Positions 41,241-51,109 of a stretch of 64,000 nt of DNA are shown here, in pieces. A model generated the notes under the pieces. It did not search any database and had not been told where the DNA came from. It was given only the letters and a program-made list of their open reading frames with translations. The number at the start of each line of letters is the position of its first letter. Positions within the stretch are counted from its first letter, which is position 1. The position numbers were made by a program, and so were the translations under genes. The stretch is from Gammaproteobacteria bacterium (GTDB taxonomy: Bacteria > Pseudomonadota > Gammaproteobacteria > UBA4575), in the NCBI GenBank assembly GCA_965243395.1, contig CBDEUS010000001.1:1024001-1088000 (forward strand), given 5' to 3'.

Positions 41241-42262
41241 TAACCGCCAATATATGACATCTCCACTTTTGGAAGCAAAACGGTTTCTGACGTTCTTAAT
41301 TCAGAGTAACGGTCATTTCGTTTTTTCCAAATAGCGCTAATCACTTCTTGGATATGATCTTCCTCTGCGCCTTCACGAAGGAGATGACGCAAATCTTTAC
41401 CTTGCGTAGCAAATAAGCAGGTATACAACTTTCCTTCTGCTGAAAGTCTTGCACGCGTGCAGGATTGGCAAAATGGTTGGGTCACGGATGAAATAATTCC
41501 AATTTCACCTCCACCATCTTTGTATTGCCAACGTTTGGCGACTTCTCCGTGGTAATTTGCTTCCGCAGGTTCGATAGGTAATTCCTGGTTTATTACATTA
41601 GAAATTTCTTTTGCCGAAAACACATCATCCATTTGCCATTGGTTGGTACTGCCGACATCCATGAATTCAATAAAGCGCAAGATAATTCCGCTGTTATGAA
41701 AATGTTTCGCCATTGGAAGAATAGAGTGTTCATTTACACCTTTTTTTACCACCATATTAATTTTAATGGGATCTAGACCTACAGTTTGCGCATGTTCAAT
41801 TGCAGTTAAAACTTTATCTACATCAAAAGCTACATCACTAATATTTTTAAATGTTTCATCATCTAGCGCATCTAGACTAATGGTTATGCGTTGCAACCCT
41901 GCACTTTTTAGTTGTTTAGCAACATCAGAAGTAAGCAATACACCATTTGTGGTTAAACTAATATCTTCAATACCATCAATCTTGGAAAGCTGTTGAATAA
42001 GGACAGGAAGATTTTTCCTTAATAAGGGTTCGCCACCTGTTAAACGTATTTTTTTCACGCCAAGTCGGGCGAATATTTTGGAGATTCTGGTAATTTCTTC
42101 AAAACTGAGTAAATCATCTCTGCGTAAAAACTCATATTCAGAATTAAAAACCTCTTTCGGCATACAATACGTGCAACGGAAGTTACAGCGATCCGTGACC
42201 GATATTCTTAGATCCCGAATAGGTCGTGATAAGGTGTCTTGAATTTGAGTATTTGTTTGCAT
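41240..42262 (-). CDS. moaA: GTP 3',8-cyclase
   Basis: LRISVTDRCNFRCTYC radical-SAM motif, TGGEPLLR, FCQSCTRARLSAEG..TCLF, MSYIGG terminus. Confidence 0.98.
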   Translation of the reverse strand: MQTNTQIQDTLSRPIRDLRISVTDRCNFRCTYCMPKEVFNSEYEFLRRDDLLSFEEITRISKIFARLGVKKIRLTGGEPLLRKNLPVLIQQLSKIDGIEDISLTTNGVLLTSDVAKQLKSAGLQRITISLDALDDETFKNISDVAFDVDKVLTAIEHAQTVGLDPIKINMVVKKGVNEHSILPMAKHFHNSGIILRFIEFMDVGSTNQWQMDDVFSAKEISNVINQELPIEPAEANYHGEVAKRWQYKDGGGEIGIISSVTQPFCQSCTRARLSAEGKLYTCLFATQGKDLRHLLREGAEEDHIQEVISAIWKKRNDRYSELRTSETVLLPKVEMSYIGG

Positions 42263-42343
42263 CGCAAAGTAAGCCAGTATCCAACTGATATTCTATCGAA
42301 TGGAAATTTTTAAAGGTATATCAAAGCATTAGACTAAAGAGAT

Positions 42344-43855
42344 ATGAATTCAGCTCAATTCAAGGTTATTTGGCTTATCACAGGCCCTATATTGGCTTTG
42401 GCAATCTATTGGTGGCTACCTGACCAATATATTGCTAGTGATGGTAAGAAAACACTCCTCACACATCCTGCCAAGGCCACCATAGCCTTGTTGGTGTGGA
42501 TGGCTACCTGGTGGTTGACCGAAGCAACTCATATCACAGTTACGGCATTACTTCCTATCGCATTGTTTCCATTATTTGAGGTGGCTTCCATAAAAGATGC
42601 AACAGCTCCCTATGCTTCTCATATTATCTTTTTGTTCTTAGGCGGCTTTATTATTGCTATTGCTATTCAGCGCTGGAAATTAGATAAACGCATCGCGTTG
42701 GGCATTCTCACAAAAATTGGTAGCTCTCCTTCAAGAATTGTAGGGGGTTTCATGTTGGCTACTGCTTTTCTAAGTGCCTTTATCTCAAATACCGCAACTA
42801 CAGCAATGATGCTACCAATTGGTTTAAGTGTTATCGCATTGCTAACAGGAAAAGAATTTAAACAACGCGCTTTTGCGACTTGTATTATGTTAAGCATTGC
42901 ATACGCCGCCAATATTGGAGGAATTGCAACCGTGATTGGTACCGCACCCAATCTATTTGTAGCTTCTTTTATTAGAGATGCAATTGATACACCTTTTCAG
43001 CAAGATATTAGTTTTTTGCAATGGTCTAAAGTTGGTGTGCCCGTTGTATGTGTTTTATTACCAATTGCTTGGTGGCTATTAACCAAGCTTATTTACAAAG
43101 TAGACAAAATTACATTGCAAAACTCTTCACAATCTCTGCTAGAACAAAAGCACGCACTCGGAAAAATGAGTTATGAAGAAAAAATGGTTTGCATGATTTT
43201 TTCTTTTACTGTTTTTTTATGGTTAAGTCGCACATTTCTACAAGGTTTAGAGTTTTCGTTCAACGAAAATAGCTATAAACCACTATTGGGTCTTACAGAT
43301 TCCAGTATTGCAATTTTTTCCGCTATTTTGTTATTTCTAATCCCGACCAAATCAACCAACGATTCCTTTATTTTGCAATGGGAGAATTTAAAAGAGTTAC
43401 CCTGGGGAATATTAATATTGCTAGGTGGAGGATTAAGTTTGGCAGCTGCTGTAAAAGCAAATGGTGTAACTGAATTTATTGGAGCGCAAGCTACGATTCT
43501 TTCAGTGTTACCACCATTGTTAATTCTTTTAGTTATTGTAACTGCTGTAGTCTTTTTAACCGAGCTCACTTCAAACACTGCGACTACGGCAACACTTGTA
43601 CCAGTTCTCGCCGCTATTGCCCCTGTTCTAAATTTACATCCTTATGTGCTCATCATACCTGCAGCTATTGCAGCAAGTTGTGCATTCATGTTGCCTATCG
43701 CAACACCGCCTAACGCAATTGTATTTGGATCAGGTCATATCTCAATGCAAGAGATGCGCAAAACCGGTTTTTGGTTGAATTTGTTAAGTTTGCTGATCCT
43801 CACCTCTCTAGCGTATGGATTAAGCACTTATTTAATAAAGATACTGGAAGCTTAA
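42344..43855 (+). CDS. DASS/SLC13 sodium:di-/tricarboxylate (or sulfate) symporter
   Basis: Two SNT motifs (ISNTATT, TSNTATT), IGTAPN, AFMLPIATPPNAI; many TMs. Confidence 0.92.
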   Translation: MNSAQFKVIWLITGPILALAIYWWLPDQYIASDGKKTLLTHPAKATIALLVWMATWWLTEATHITVTALLPIALFPLFEVASIKDATAPYASHIIFLFLGGFIIAIAIQRWKLDKRIALGILTKIGSSPSRIVGGFMLATAFLSAFISNTATTAMMLPIGLSVIALLTGKEFKQRAFATCIMLSIAYAANIGGIATVIGTAPNLFVASFIRDAIDTPFQQDISFLQWSKVGVPVVCVLLPIAWWLLTKLIYKVDKITLQNSSQSLLEQKHALGKMSYEEKMVCMIFSFTVFLWLSRTFLQGLEFSFNENSYKPLLGLTDSSIAIFSAILLFLIPTKSTNDSFILQWENLKELPWGILILLGGGLSLAAAVKANGVTEFIGAQATILSVLPPLLILLVIVTAVVFLTELTSNTATTATLVPVLAAIAPVLNLHPYVLIIPAAIAASCAFMLPIATPPNAIVFGSGHISMQEMRKTGFWLNLLSLLILTSLAYGLSTYLIKILEA

Positions 43856-43867
43856 AGAAATACTTAT

Positions 43868-44746
43868 TTACTTAACTCCGTATTTTTCTGACTGCTTATA
43901 CTTATCCTCCACCCCAATCAAATCGTTAAATTCTTCAAAGTTTAATAAATTGCTCTCCATTCCAAGCGTAGTACCATCATTGTGTAACTTGGTATAAATA
44001 TCATTCATGATTTTACCTGCAGCGTACAAGCCTGTAAGAGGATAAAGAATTAGATGAAACCCCATAGCAGCGAGTTCATCTTTTTGTAGTACGGGTGTTT
44101 TTCCACCCTCTATCATATTTGCAACATTCGGATGTGGTGATTCCTGACCAATCCTTTTTAACTGCTCTAGTGAACCCGGCGCTTCTACAAAACTTGCATT
44201 TGCACCAATTTCACGTGCAGCCTTTACTCTTGCGATCGCTTCATCTAATCCTAAAACCGCTTCTGCATCGGTGCGTGCAACAATAAAAAAATCATTTTCT
44301 CCTCTTGCATCCACTGCAGCCTGGATTTTATATAAGTATTCATCACGTTCGATTACTTTTTTATTACGCATATGTCCACATTTTTTAGGCCAGACTTGAT
44401 CTTCCAAAAAGCAACCCTTTGCGCCAGCATCGATTAATTGCCTAACGGTTCGATGAACATTAAGTGGATTTCCATAGCCTGTATCAGCGTCCACGATAAT
44501 AGGCATGGAAACACTACTGCATATTGCGCGTGCACGATCCACCACTTCAGTTTGTGTAAGCAAACCAAAATCGGGTTCGCCTATGGTCGCGGCGGCTAAT
44601 GAATAACCCGAGATAAACCCCATTGGAAACCCGACTTGTTCAGCTATTTTTGCAGAAAGTGTGTCGTAGATTCCGGGGAATGCTAAAGACCCTACTTCAT
44701 CTAACACACTTTGAATACTACTATTTGGAACGTTTTTATTAGACAT
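43868..44746 (-). CDS. Isocitrate lyase/PEP mutase family enzyme (PrpB/dimethylmalate lyase-like)
   Basis: VDADTGYG, LEDQVWPKKCGH, IVARTDA, ANMIEGGKTP. Confidence 0.9.
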   Translation of the reverse strand: MSNKNVPNSSIQSVLDEVGSLAFPGIYDTLSAKIAEQVGFPMGFISGYSLAAATIGEPDFGLLTQTEVVDRARAICSSVSMPIIVDADTGYGNPLNVHRTVRQLIDAGAKGCFLEDQVWPKKCGHMRNKKVIERDEYLYKIQAAVDARGENDFFIVARTDAEAVLGLDEAIARVKAAREIGANASFVEAPGSLEQLKRIGQESPHPNVANMIEGGKTPVLQKDELAAMGFHLILYPLTGLYAAGKIMNDIYTKLHNDGTTLGMESNLLNFEEFNDLIGVEDKYKQSEKYGVK

Positions 44747-44871
44747 ATTTGTTAGCTCAGAGTTAGTTCTGTATATTAGTACACTGTATCGGAACTATCG
44801 AATTATCCACAAAATCTAAGTTAAATTCAGCGTACAATCTGCTTAGATCGCTAAAATTTTTACCTGCCAAA

Positions 44872-45381
44872 ATGACCATGAAACCCATATTTTCAAATTT
44901 AAAGATTCGGTTATCTCTATTTATTGCAATATTGCTACTTTGCAGTATTTCAATAGCATCCGACTGGACAGAGGTAAGAACATTAGAAGGCAAATTTACA
45001 ACTTTATCCCAACACTTTGAAAAAGATAAATGGACACTTGTAATGCTGTGGACTATGGATTGTGGGATTTGCCAGCGTGAATACCCTATTATTTCAGAAT
45101 TTCATGACAAGCATAAAGACACTAAGGCAAAAGTAATCGGGGTATCTTTAGACGGTTATTCTAAACTGGATAAAATTACTGAACATATTGAAGAGATGCC
45201 CATGACTTTTGGTAATCTCATCGGCGAACTTACGGTTGTTGCGTTTAATTATCAAACTGCTACCGAAGAGACTCTTCGTGGAACTCCTACTTTTTTAATG
45301 TTCAACCCGGACGGTTACTTAGTTGGTCACAACCCAGGACCTGTTAAACCTGAAGCACTTGAAGCATTTATTTCGCGATAA
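44872..45381 (+). CDS. Exported thioredoxin-like (TlpA/redoxin) protein
   Basis: Signal peptide, MLWTMDCGIC, GVSLD, GTPTF. Confidence 0.85.
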   Translation: MTMKPIFSNLKIRLSLFIAILLLCSISIASDWTEVRTLEGKFTTLSQHFEKDKWTLVMLWTMDCGICQREYPIISEFHDKHKDTKAKVIGVSLDGYSKLDKITEHIEEMPMTFGNLIGELTVVAFNYQTATEETLRGTPTFLMFNPDGYLVGHNPGPVKPEALEAFISR

Positions 45382-45397
45382 AATTAGATCAACCAAA

Positions 45398-45763
45398 TCA
45401 ATTTCTATCTAAAGCATATTTAGCCAATACTTCTAGTTCTACATACTCCAGAACTGAGCTATGTGTTGCTTTTAAATAAATGTTTGGCGCTTTATTTTCT
45501 TCCAAAGCTTCGATCCAACGCTGCACACACAAACACCATTTATCACCGGGCTTTAATCCAGGAAAATCTGCATCCGGATAAGGCGTGGTTAAATCATTAC
45601 CTTTTGCTTTAGAAAATTCCAAGAATTCTTTTGTTACATTCGCACAAACAGTATGCATTCCTATATCATGTTCATCTGTATCACAACGCCCATTTCGATA
45701 ATATCCTGTCAGTAACTCTTCACAACAACTTTGCAAATCCCCACCAAGTACATTTTTTTGCAT
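45398..45763 (-). CDS. DUF2237 family protein
   Basis: NVLGG.LQSC, TGYYRNG.C, H.VCA, GNDLTTP, PGLKPGDKWCLC, ATH. Confidence 0.92.
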   Translation of the reverse strand: MQKNVLGGDLQSCCEELLTGYYRNGRCDTDEHDIGMHTVCANVTKEFLEFSKAKGNDLTTPYPDADFPGLKPGDKWCLCVQRWIEALEENKAPNIYLKATHSSVLEYVELEVLAKYALDRN

Positions 45764-45786
45764 TCTATTTCCCTTTAGTTTTATTT

Positions 45787-46689
45787 TTAAAATCTAGCAA
45801 ATGATAATTTCTTTCGCTGTGCAATCGCAATTCCAAGCAATATTATAATCAATGCAATTATCGCATTAACACCTATCTTTTCATTTAAAAACATAACGCC
45901 AATTATAACGGCCCAAACAGGTATCAAATAATTTATCTGCGATAAAAATGATGGTCCTACTCTGGCAATAACTGCAAAATAAATAATTGTGGCTAATGCA
46001 GTGGGGAAAATTCCTAATAACAACAGAGAAACAAATTCAATACTGTTCACAGAAAAGTCCCAATCAAAATTTGATAAAAATACTATTGGCAACATAAGTA
46101 CACTGGCAATCAACAGCACTGCACCGGACATTGCAACAAAACTTTCTTTCGGTAGTTTTTTGGCAATTATTGTATTAATTGCATAGCTAACAGCTCCCCC
46201 TAAAATCGCTATCATTGCAAGCAACCTGGCCATATCATTTTCAAAATTTGCTAGCGCACTTTCACCAAACAAAACAAGTATTCCAATAAACCCTAAAATA
46301 AACCCAATGACTTTATTCAGCGACAGTTTTTCTCCAGCGACGAAAAAGTGCGCTAAAACAATAGTCGTTAAAGGCATGACGGCCATTAGAATTCCTGCAA
46401 TGCTGCTATCTACTGTTTGCTGGCCCCAGCTAATAAGGTAAAAAGGCAGACAATTACCAAAAAAGGCTAACGCAACTAACAAACCGACGCGCCCTTTTAT
46501 AAATGCAAAAGAATCACGTCTTAAAATCGAAACTAAAACCAAAAAAATAGCAGCAATAGTAATTCTTCCTCCAGCAACAACAGCAGGCGGATACTCCTGT
46601 ACAGAAATTTTGATAAGCATGAAGGCACTTCCAAACATGATGACGAGAGCCGCCATACCGAGCCAGTCTAGCGGCTTTGCATTATACAT
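45787..46689 (-). CDS. DMT/EamA-family transporter
   Basis: About 10 TMs in two EamA repeats; GSAF, PFYLISWG, NYLIPVWA. Confidence 0.9.
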   Translation of the reverse strand: MYNAKPLDWLGMAALVIMFGSAFMLIKISVQEYPPAVVAGGRITIAAIFLVLVSILRRDSFAFIKGRVGLLVALAFFGNCLPFYLISWGQQTVDSSIAGILMAVMPLTTIVLAHFFVAGEKLSLNKVIGFILGFIGILVLFGESALANFENDMARLLAMIAILGGAVSYAINTIIAKKLPKESFVAMSGAVLLIASVLMLPIVFLSNFDWDFSVNSIEFVSLLLLGIFPTALATIIYFAVIARVGPSFLSQINYLIPVWAVIIGVMFLNEKIGVNAIIALIIILLGIAIAQRKKLSFARF

Positions 46690-46728
46690 TGTAAATAAGA
46701 ATCCCTAGAGATTAATTAGAAAATGCCA

Positions 46729-48189
46729 TTAGTAGCGGATTAATACATCATAACTTAATGTAGTTTTTCCTTCAGCAGGAATTTTAATTCTCCACTCTGC
46801 AGTGCCTGCTGCTACTTTTTTATGTTTATGACTTTCTTGCTTCATTTTCCAATCACCAGGAATAGGTTCTTGAACTACTACTTCAATATCTTCGTCCTTA
46901 GCATTTTTAAGATCGATTTGGAAGCTCGCTGTATATGCGTAGTTATATTTCCCTATTGCATGGGCCTTCTTGAATTGAGTTTGTTTCTTGTCAGCCGTAA
47001 CATCAAATGCATCGCCCAGTTTTAACTTTACCTCTTCATTTTTAGGCGTATGATCAATATGGTCCTCACCTATAAATTGCGCATTGCCTGATTTATCGTT
47101 TTTATATACGCGCACAATACCTTTAGGTAAAGGAAGGCCTAGATTGGATTTTTTATCGTTTTTGAGCTCTACAAAAACCCCTACTTTCATTTTTTGACCA
47201 ATTGATCCATAAGAACTCTGATAGTAGTAATTTTGACCTTTAAGCAAAAATTCTTTTTTAACCGGAATTTTGGTCGCACTTAATAATGAAACTTGTTTTG
47301 TTTGATTTTCTTTTATAGTTGTCGGTCGTTGTAATGTATATAAGTGATATTCAAACAAAGCCTCTTCAACCATATCAGCTTCTGCAGCCACCGACTTTTG
47401 AGCAAGCATTTCAAATCTCCTTTTAGCTTCTCTAAAATCATCTTGAACTCGATTTACATCACCTGCGACCAATTGTAATTTGGCATTTTTGTATGTAGCA
47501 CCACTTTGATTATTTAACGTTACCCAGCCTGTCAGATCAATAAACTGATCTGATTCATCAAGCTCGGCTACATAATCAGCCTTCCAAGACAGTCCACCAG
47601 TTAAATAACTAAGCTGTAATTGTTGGGCTTTTGATGTTGCACTATTAAGTTCCATCACCAGTGTCGGACGGTCGCGTAAATTGCCTGGGACTTCGTCGAA
47701 TACAATGCGTCCTGGAACACCCGTCTCAATGCGGTCTCCGATTTTTAATACCACTCCATTATTTACACTCAATACAATAGCATCGAGTAATTTTTCTTTG
47801 CCAGTCGTGGGGTGTGTTTTAACAATCTTAACTTTCTTGCCGACATATTTTTCTAATAGTTTTTGAGGCGTTAACAAATCAAAATCGAAATTTTGCTCAA
47901 TTAAACGAAAACCATCTGAATAATTCAGACTGCGGAGTAAGGCAGTTTCAGGACGTATTTGAGCGCTTACCTCGCGAAATGCAAGTTTATTAAAACCACT
48001 ATCTAAGCGAATGGTGCGCACATCTTTTACCAGGGCTAGTTGATCGTTATAAATCGTAACCGCCACTTCGGTTTGATCCTGTAATGTACTTCGATATTCA
48101 GTTACATGAGTTTTAGCGCTCACCTGACCCAATATGAGGCTGAATAGAAAAGTAATAATGAATACAGACTTGGTTTTAGCTCGTTTCAT
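46729..48189 (-). CDS. DUF4139-domain exported protein
   Basis: VAVTIYN, EQNFDFDL, SYLTGGLSWKADY, LQLVAGDV, EYHLY, GEDHIDHTP. Confidence 0.88.
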   Translation of the reverse strand: MKRAKTKSVFIITFLFSLILGQVSAKTHVTEYRSTLQDQTEVAVTIYNDQLALVKDVRTIRLDSGFNKLAFREVSAQIRPETALLRSLNYSDGFRLIEQNFDFDLLTPQKLLEKYVGKKVKIVKTHPTTGKEKLLDAIVLSVNNGVVLKIGDRIETGVPGRIVFDEVPGNLRDRPTLVMELNSATSKAQQLQLSYLTGGLSWKADYVAELDESDQFIDLTGWVTLNNQSGATYKNAKLQLVAGDVNRVQDDFREAKRRFEMLAQKSVAAEADMVEEALFEYHLYTLQRPTTIKENQTKQVSLLSATKIPVKKEFLLKGQNYYYQSSYGSIGQKMKVGVFVELKNDKKSNLGLPLPKGIVRVYKNDKSGNAQFIGEDHIDHTPKNEEVKLKLGDAFDVTADKKQTQFKKAHAIGKYNYAYTASFQIDLKNAKDEDIEVVVQEPIPGDWKMKQESHKHKKVAAGTAEWRIKIPAEGKTTLSYDVLIRY

Positions 48190-48344
48190 ATGTAATCCTT
48201 TATATTTAGTAGATTTACATACTTAAACGATAGAAATAGCCATATGGGTTAAAATAAGGCTAAATTATTTTACAGACACAAAACAACACACTAAATTTGA
48301 GTAACGGAACCTCTAATTATCTCTCTTGAGTATTTATCTTCTCT

Positions 48345-48824
48345 ATGAATCAAATCTTAATTATTGCTGGAATTGTAGGCATTTTGCTGTTCCTAAGATG
48401 GCTACGTAAACAACCAAAAAATAAGCAAATACAAGCCATTCTTATATTTGCGGCTATTGTATTGATCATAATGGCCGCCACAGGAAGACTACATTGGCTA
48501 TTTGCGATCATTGCAGCTGCTGTAGCAATGTTTCAGAAATTTGCAGGTCTATTGAGGTTTCTTCCTTTTCTACAAAGAATTTTTACAAGATCTCCTACTG
48601 AGAACTCCTCTTATGAAGCCAGCAATAGCCAAAATTCCAACATGACAATTGAGGAGGCATGCAAAGTATTAGGTATTGAAAAAGATGCTACTGAAGAAGA
48701 AATTATTGAAGCGCACCGAAAATTAATTCAAAAAATTCATCCTGATCGCGGCGGAAATGATTATCTCGCTACAAAAATTAATCAGGCAAAAGAGTTTATG
48801 CTTAAAAATTTACATAAAAGATGA
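48345..48824 (+). CDS. Membrane-anchored J-domain protein
   Basis: N-terminal TMs; C-terminal EEACKVLG..AHRKLIQKIHPDRGGNDYLATKINQAK with the HPD motif. Confidence 0.9.
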   Translation: MNQILIIAGIVGILLFLRWLRKQPKNKQIQAILIFAAIVLIIMAATGRLHWLFAIIAAAVAMFQKFAGLLRFLPFLQRIFTRSPTENSSYEASNSQNSNMTIEEACKVLGIEKDATEEEIIEAHRKLIQKIHPDRGGNDYLATKINQAKEFMLKNLHKR

Positions 48825-48840
48825 AAGGAATATACTAATT

Positions 48841-51099
48841 ATGTTTTGGAAAAAACAATGGAAGAAACTCCAAAACAAAGATGGAAGTGAAGAATATGAA
48901 ATTCCTGCCTACAGTAAAGATGGCGGACATATTAAATCACTTGAAAGGCAAGGAGGTTTAACAACTAGCGCAACATATGGAGGAATGGGTGTTCGTGAAC
49001 TGCAATTGCGAATGGAGCTTATTGTTGAACCTATATTATCAAAGCAAAACAGTGTTTTTGAACCTGCAAAAGAACTCGCTGTATTCTCTAAAGTTGATCA
49101 AGATCGATTTTTACAGTCAGTCGAAAAAATATCTAAAACCGATACTGCTCTAGCTTTTAAGTTTTGCCATTTTGGGCCACTAAGCTTGCAATTAGTAGAC
49201 GAAGAAAATTGGAACGATTGGACAAGTGAAATCCTAACTGTTTATAACAAAGAAGGACTAGATTCAGCAATAAATACAATAAAGGATGTCAATCACTACA
49301 TTGAATCCTATACACATGCTCCTTCAAACGTTGCCTTAAATGAAGTTTCAAGAATTTTAGAAAGTTTCATTATTGGATTAAGCGGAAGACAACTATCTAT
49401 TGAAGCGAGCGAAAGTTTTTATACTGATACAGAATCAGTAAGACTGCCTGAAAACGTATCTCAATTTGATCGTCAAGAAGATAATTTTGCCTTATATAAA
49501 GCCATGGCGGTTCACCAATGGGCACAGACCTGGTTTGGTACTTGGAGAATGAATATAGATGCCATGGCTAAAACATATCAAGACCCAGATCGTGCACTGA
49601 AATTATTTCATAAGTTAGAAACTATAAGATTAGACGCTTGCATTAAACGCGAACTACCAGGTATTGCAAAAACCGTAAAAAATTTATTTGGAGAACTGGA
49701 TACAACAAAACTATCAAAAAAATGGCAGTTTGCTATCGAAAAAATGCGGGAAAGTGATACCACTGTAAGAGACACTTTTTTTCTCTTAGAAACAATCTAT
49801 AAAGAAAATGATTCACCTGAAGATAGGCCATACCAAGGTGAATTAAGGCCACGAGAAACCTGGAAAACAATTCAAGAAAGAACAGATAAAGAAAGAGAAT
49901 TATTTAAAGCTAAACTTGCAGAGCTAAAAAATGATCTACAGCAAAAATCATCTGAGGCTTCTATGAGTAATGATTCAGATGAAAATGATGATGGCTTCTC
50001 TATAGATGTAAATGAAAATGATTCCATGTCAGAGGGCTATAACATCGAACTACGCTTTGATGATGAAGCAGTTGAGCCTCCAGAAGAGTTGCAGGAGCTA
50101 TTAGAGTCAATTTTACAAGATCTAGGTGAAATTCCTGATGATTATTTATTACCTAGCACATATCAAACTGATGATATTGAAGATGAAAATGACGATCAGA
50201 ATTTATCCCCTTCATTAGACAATGAAGAAAATGTTTATATTTATGATGAATGGGATCATTCAAGGCAAAAATATAGAAAGGAATGGTGCTACTTAAAAGA
50301 ATTAGAAATTAAACCTGTTTATGACAATTTTGCTAACTCGACTATACATAAGCATCGAAACTTACTAAAACATTTACGTAGAACATTTGAAGCTCTGCGT
50401 GAAGACGATAAACGTCTAAAACGGCAACCATATGGAGATGACATAGATTTAGATGCTGTCATTGAGTCCTATACAGATATTAAAATAGGGCTCGAAGCCT
50501 CACAAAATCTTTTTACCAAATCCAGAAAGATCGATCGAAATATAGCGGTAATGTTTATGATTGATATGAGCGGATCAACTGCTGGTTGGATAAATGAAAT
50601 GGAACGCGAAGCTTTGGTTTTATTATGTGAGTCGCTGCAACTATTAGGCGATCGTTATGCAATCTATGGTTTTTCCGGTATTACGCATGAGCGTTGCGAG
50701 CTCTATGTCATTAAGGAGTTTGACGAAGGATATGATGACCAAGTTAAAGCGCGTATTAGCGGTATTCAACCACAAGACTATACTCGCATGGGCGCCGCTA
50801 TTCGGCATTTAACAAAAAAACTTCATCAAGTAGAAGCGCGCACGAAATTACTCATTACACTTTCTGATGGAAGACCCGATGACAAAGATGGGTATCGTGG
50901 ACCATATGGAATTGAAGACACAAGACGCGCCTTAATAGAAGCAAAATTTTTAGGTATACATCCTTTTTGCATAACGATAGATGAAGAAGCAATGGATTAT
51001 TTACAACATATGTATGGAGCAGTTAACTTTGCTGTAATTGATCATGTCGATAAATTGCCTTATAAAGTATCTGATATCTATCGACGTATCACAGTTTAA
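48841..51099 (+). CDS. NorD/CbbO-family VWA-domain protein (ORF open from 48757; ATG 48841 preferred)
   Basis: YDEWD, GDDIDLDA, MIDAS DMSGST, YTRMGAAIRH, LLITLSDGRPDD, YGIEDTR. Confidence 0.88.
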   Translation: MFWKKQWKKLQNKDGSEEYEIPAYSKDGGHIKSLERQGGLTTSATYGGMGVRELQLRMELIVEPILSKQNSVFEPAKELAVFSKVDQDRFLQSVEKISKTDTALAFKFCHFGPLSLQLVDEENWNDWTSEILTVYNKEGLDSAINTIKDVNHYIESYTHAPSNVALNEVSRILESFIIGLSGRQLSIEASESFYTDTESVRLPENVSQFDRQEDNFALYKAMAVHQWAQTWFGTWRMNIDAMAKTYQDPDRALKLFHKLETIRLDACIKRELPGIAKTVKNLFGELDTTKLSKKWQFAIEKMRESDTTVRDTFFLLETIYKENDSPEDRPYQGELRPRETWKTIQERTDKERELFKAKLAELKNDLQQKSSEASMSNDSDENDDGFSIDVNENDSMSEGYNIELRFDDEAVEPPEELQELLESILQDLGEIPDDYLLPSTYQTDDIEDENDDQNLSPSLDNEENVYIYDEWDHSRQKYRKEWCYLKELEIKPVYDNFANSTIHKHRNLLKHLRRTFEALREDDKRLKRQPYGDDIDLDAVIESYTDIKIGLEASQNLFTKSRKIDRNIAVMFMIDMSGSTAGWINEMEREALVLLCESLQLLGDRYAIYGFSGITHERCELYVIKEFDEGYDDQVKARISGIQPQDYTRMGAAIRHLTKKLHQVEARTKLLITLSDGRPDDKDGYRGPYGIEDTRRALIEAKFLGIHPFCITIDEEAMDYLQHMYGAVNFAVIDHVDKLPYKVSDIYRRITV

Positions 51100-51109
51100 C
51101 TAATTTAGT

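Noticed and set aside
42263-42343. Moco riboswitch upstream of moaA
   Set aside because: The gap is only ~80 bp, shared with a divergent gene, and has no recognisable structure.
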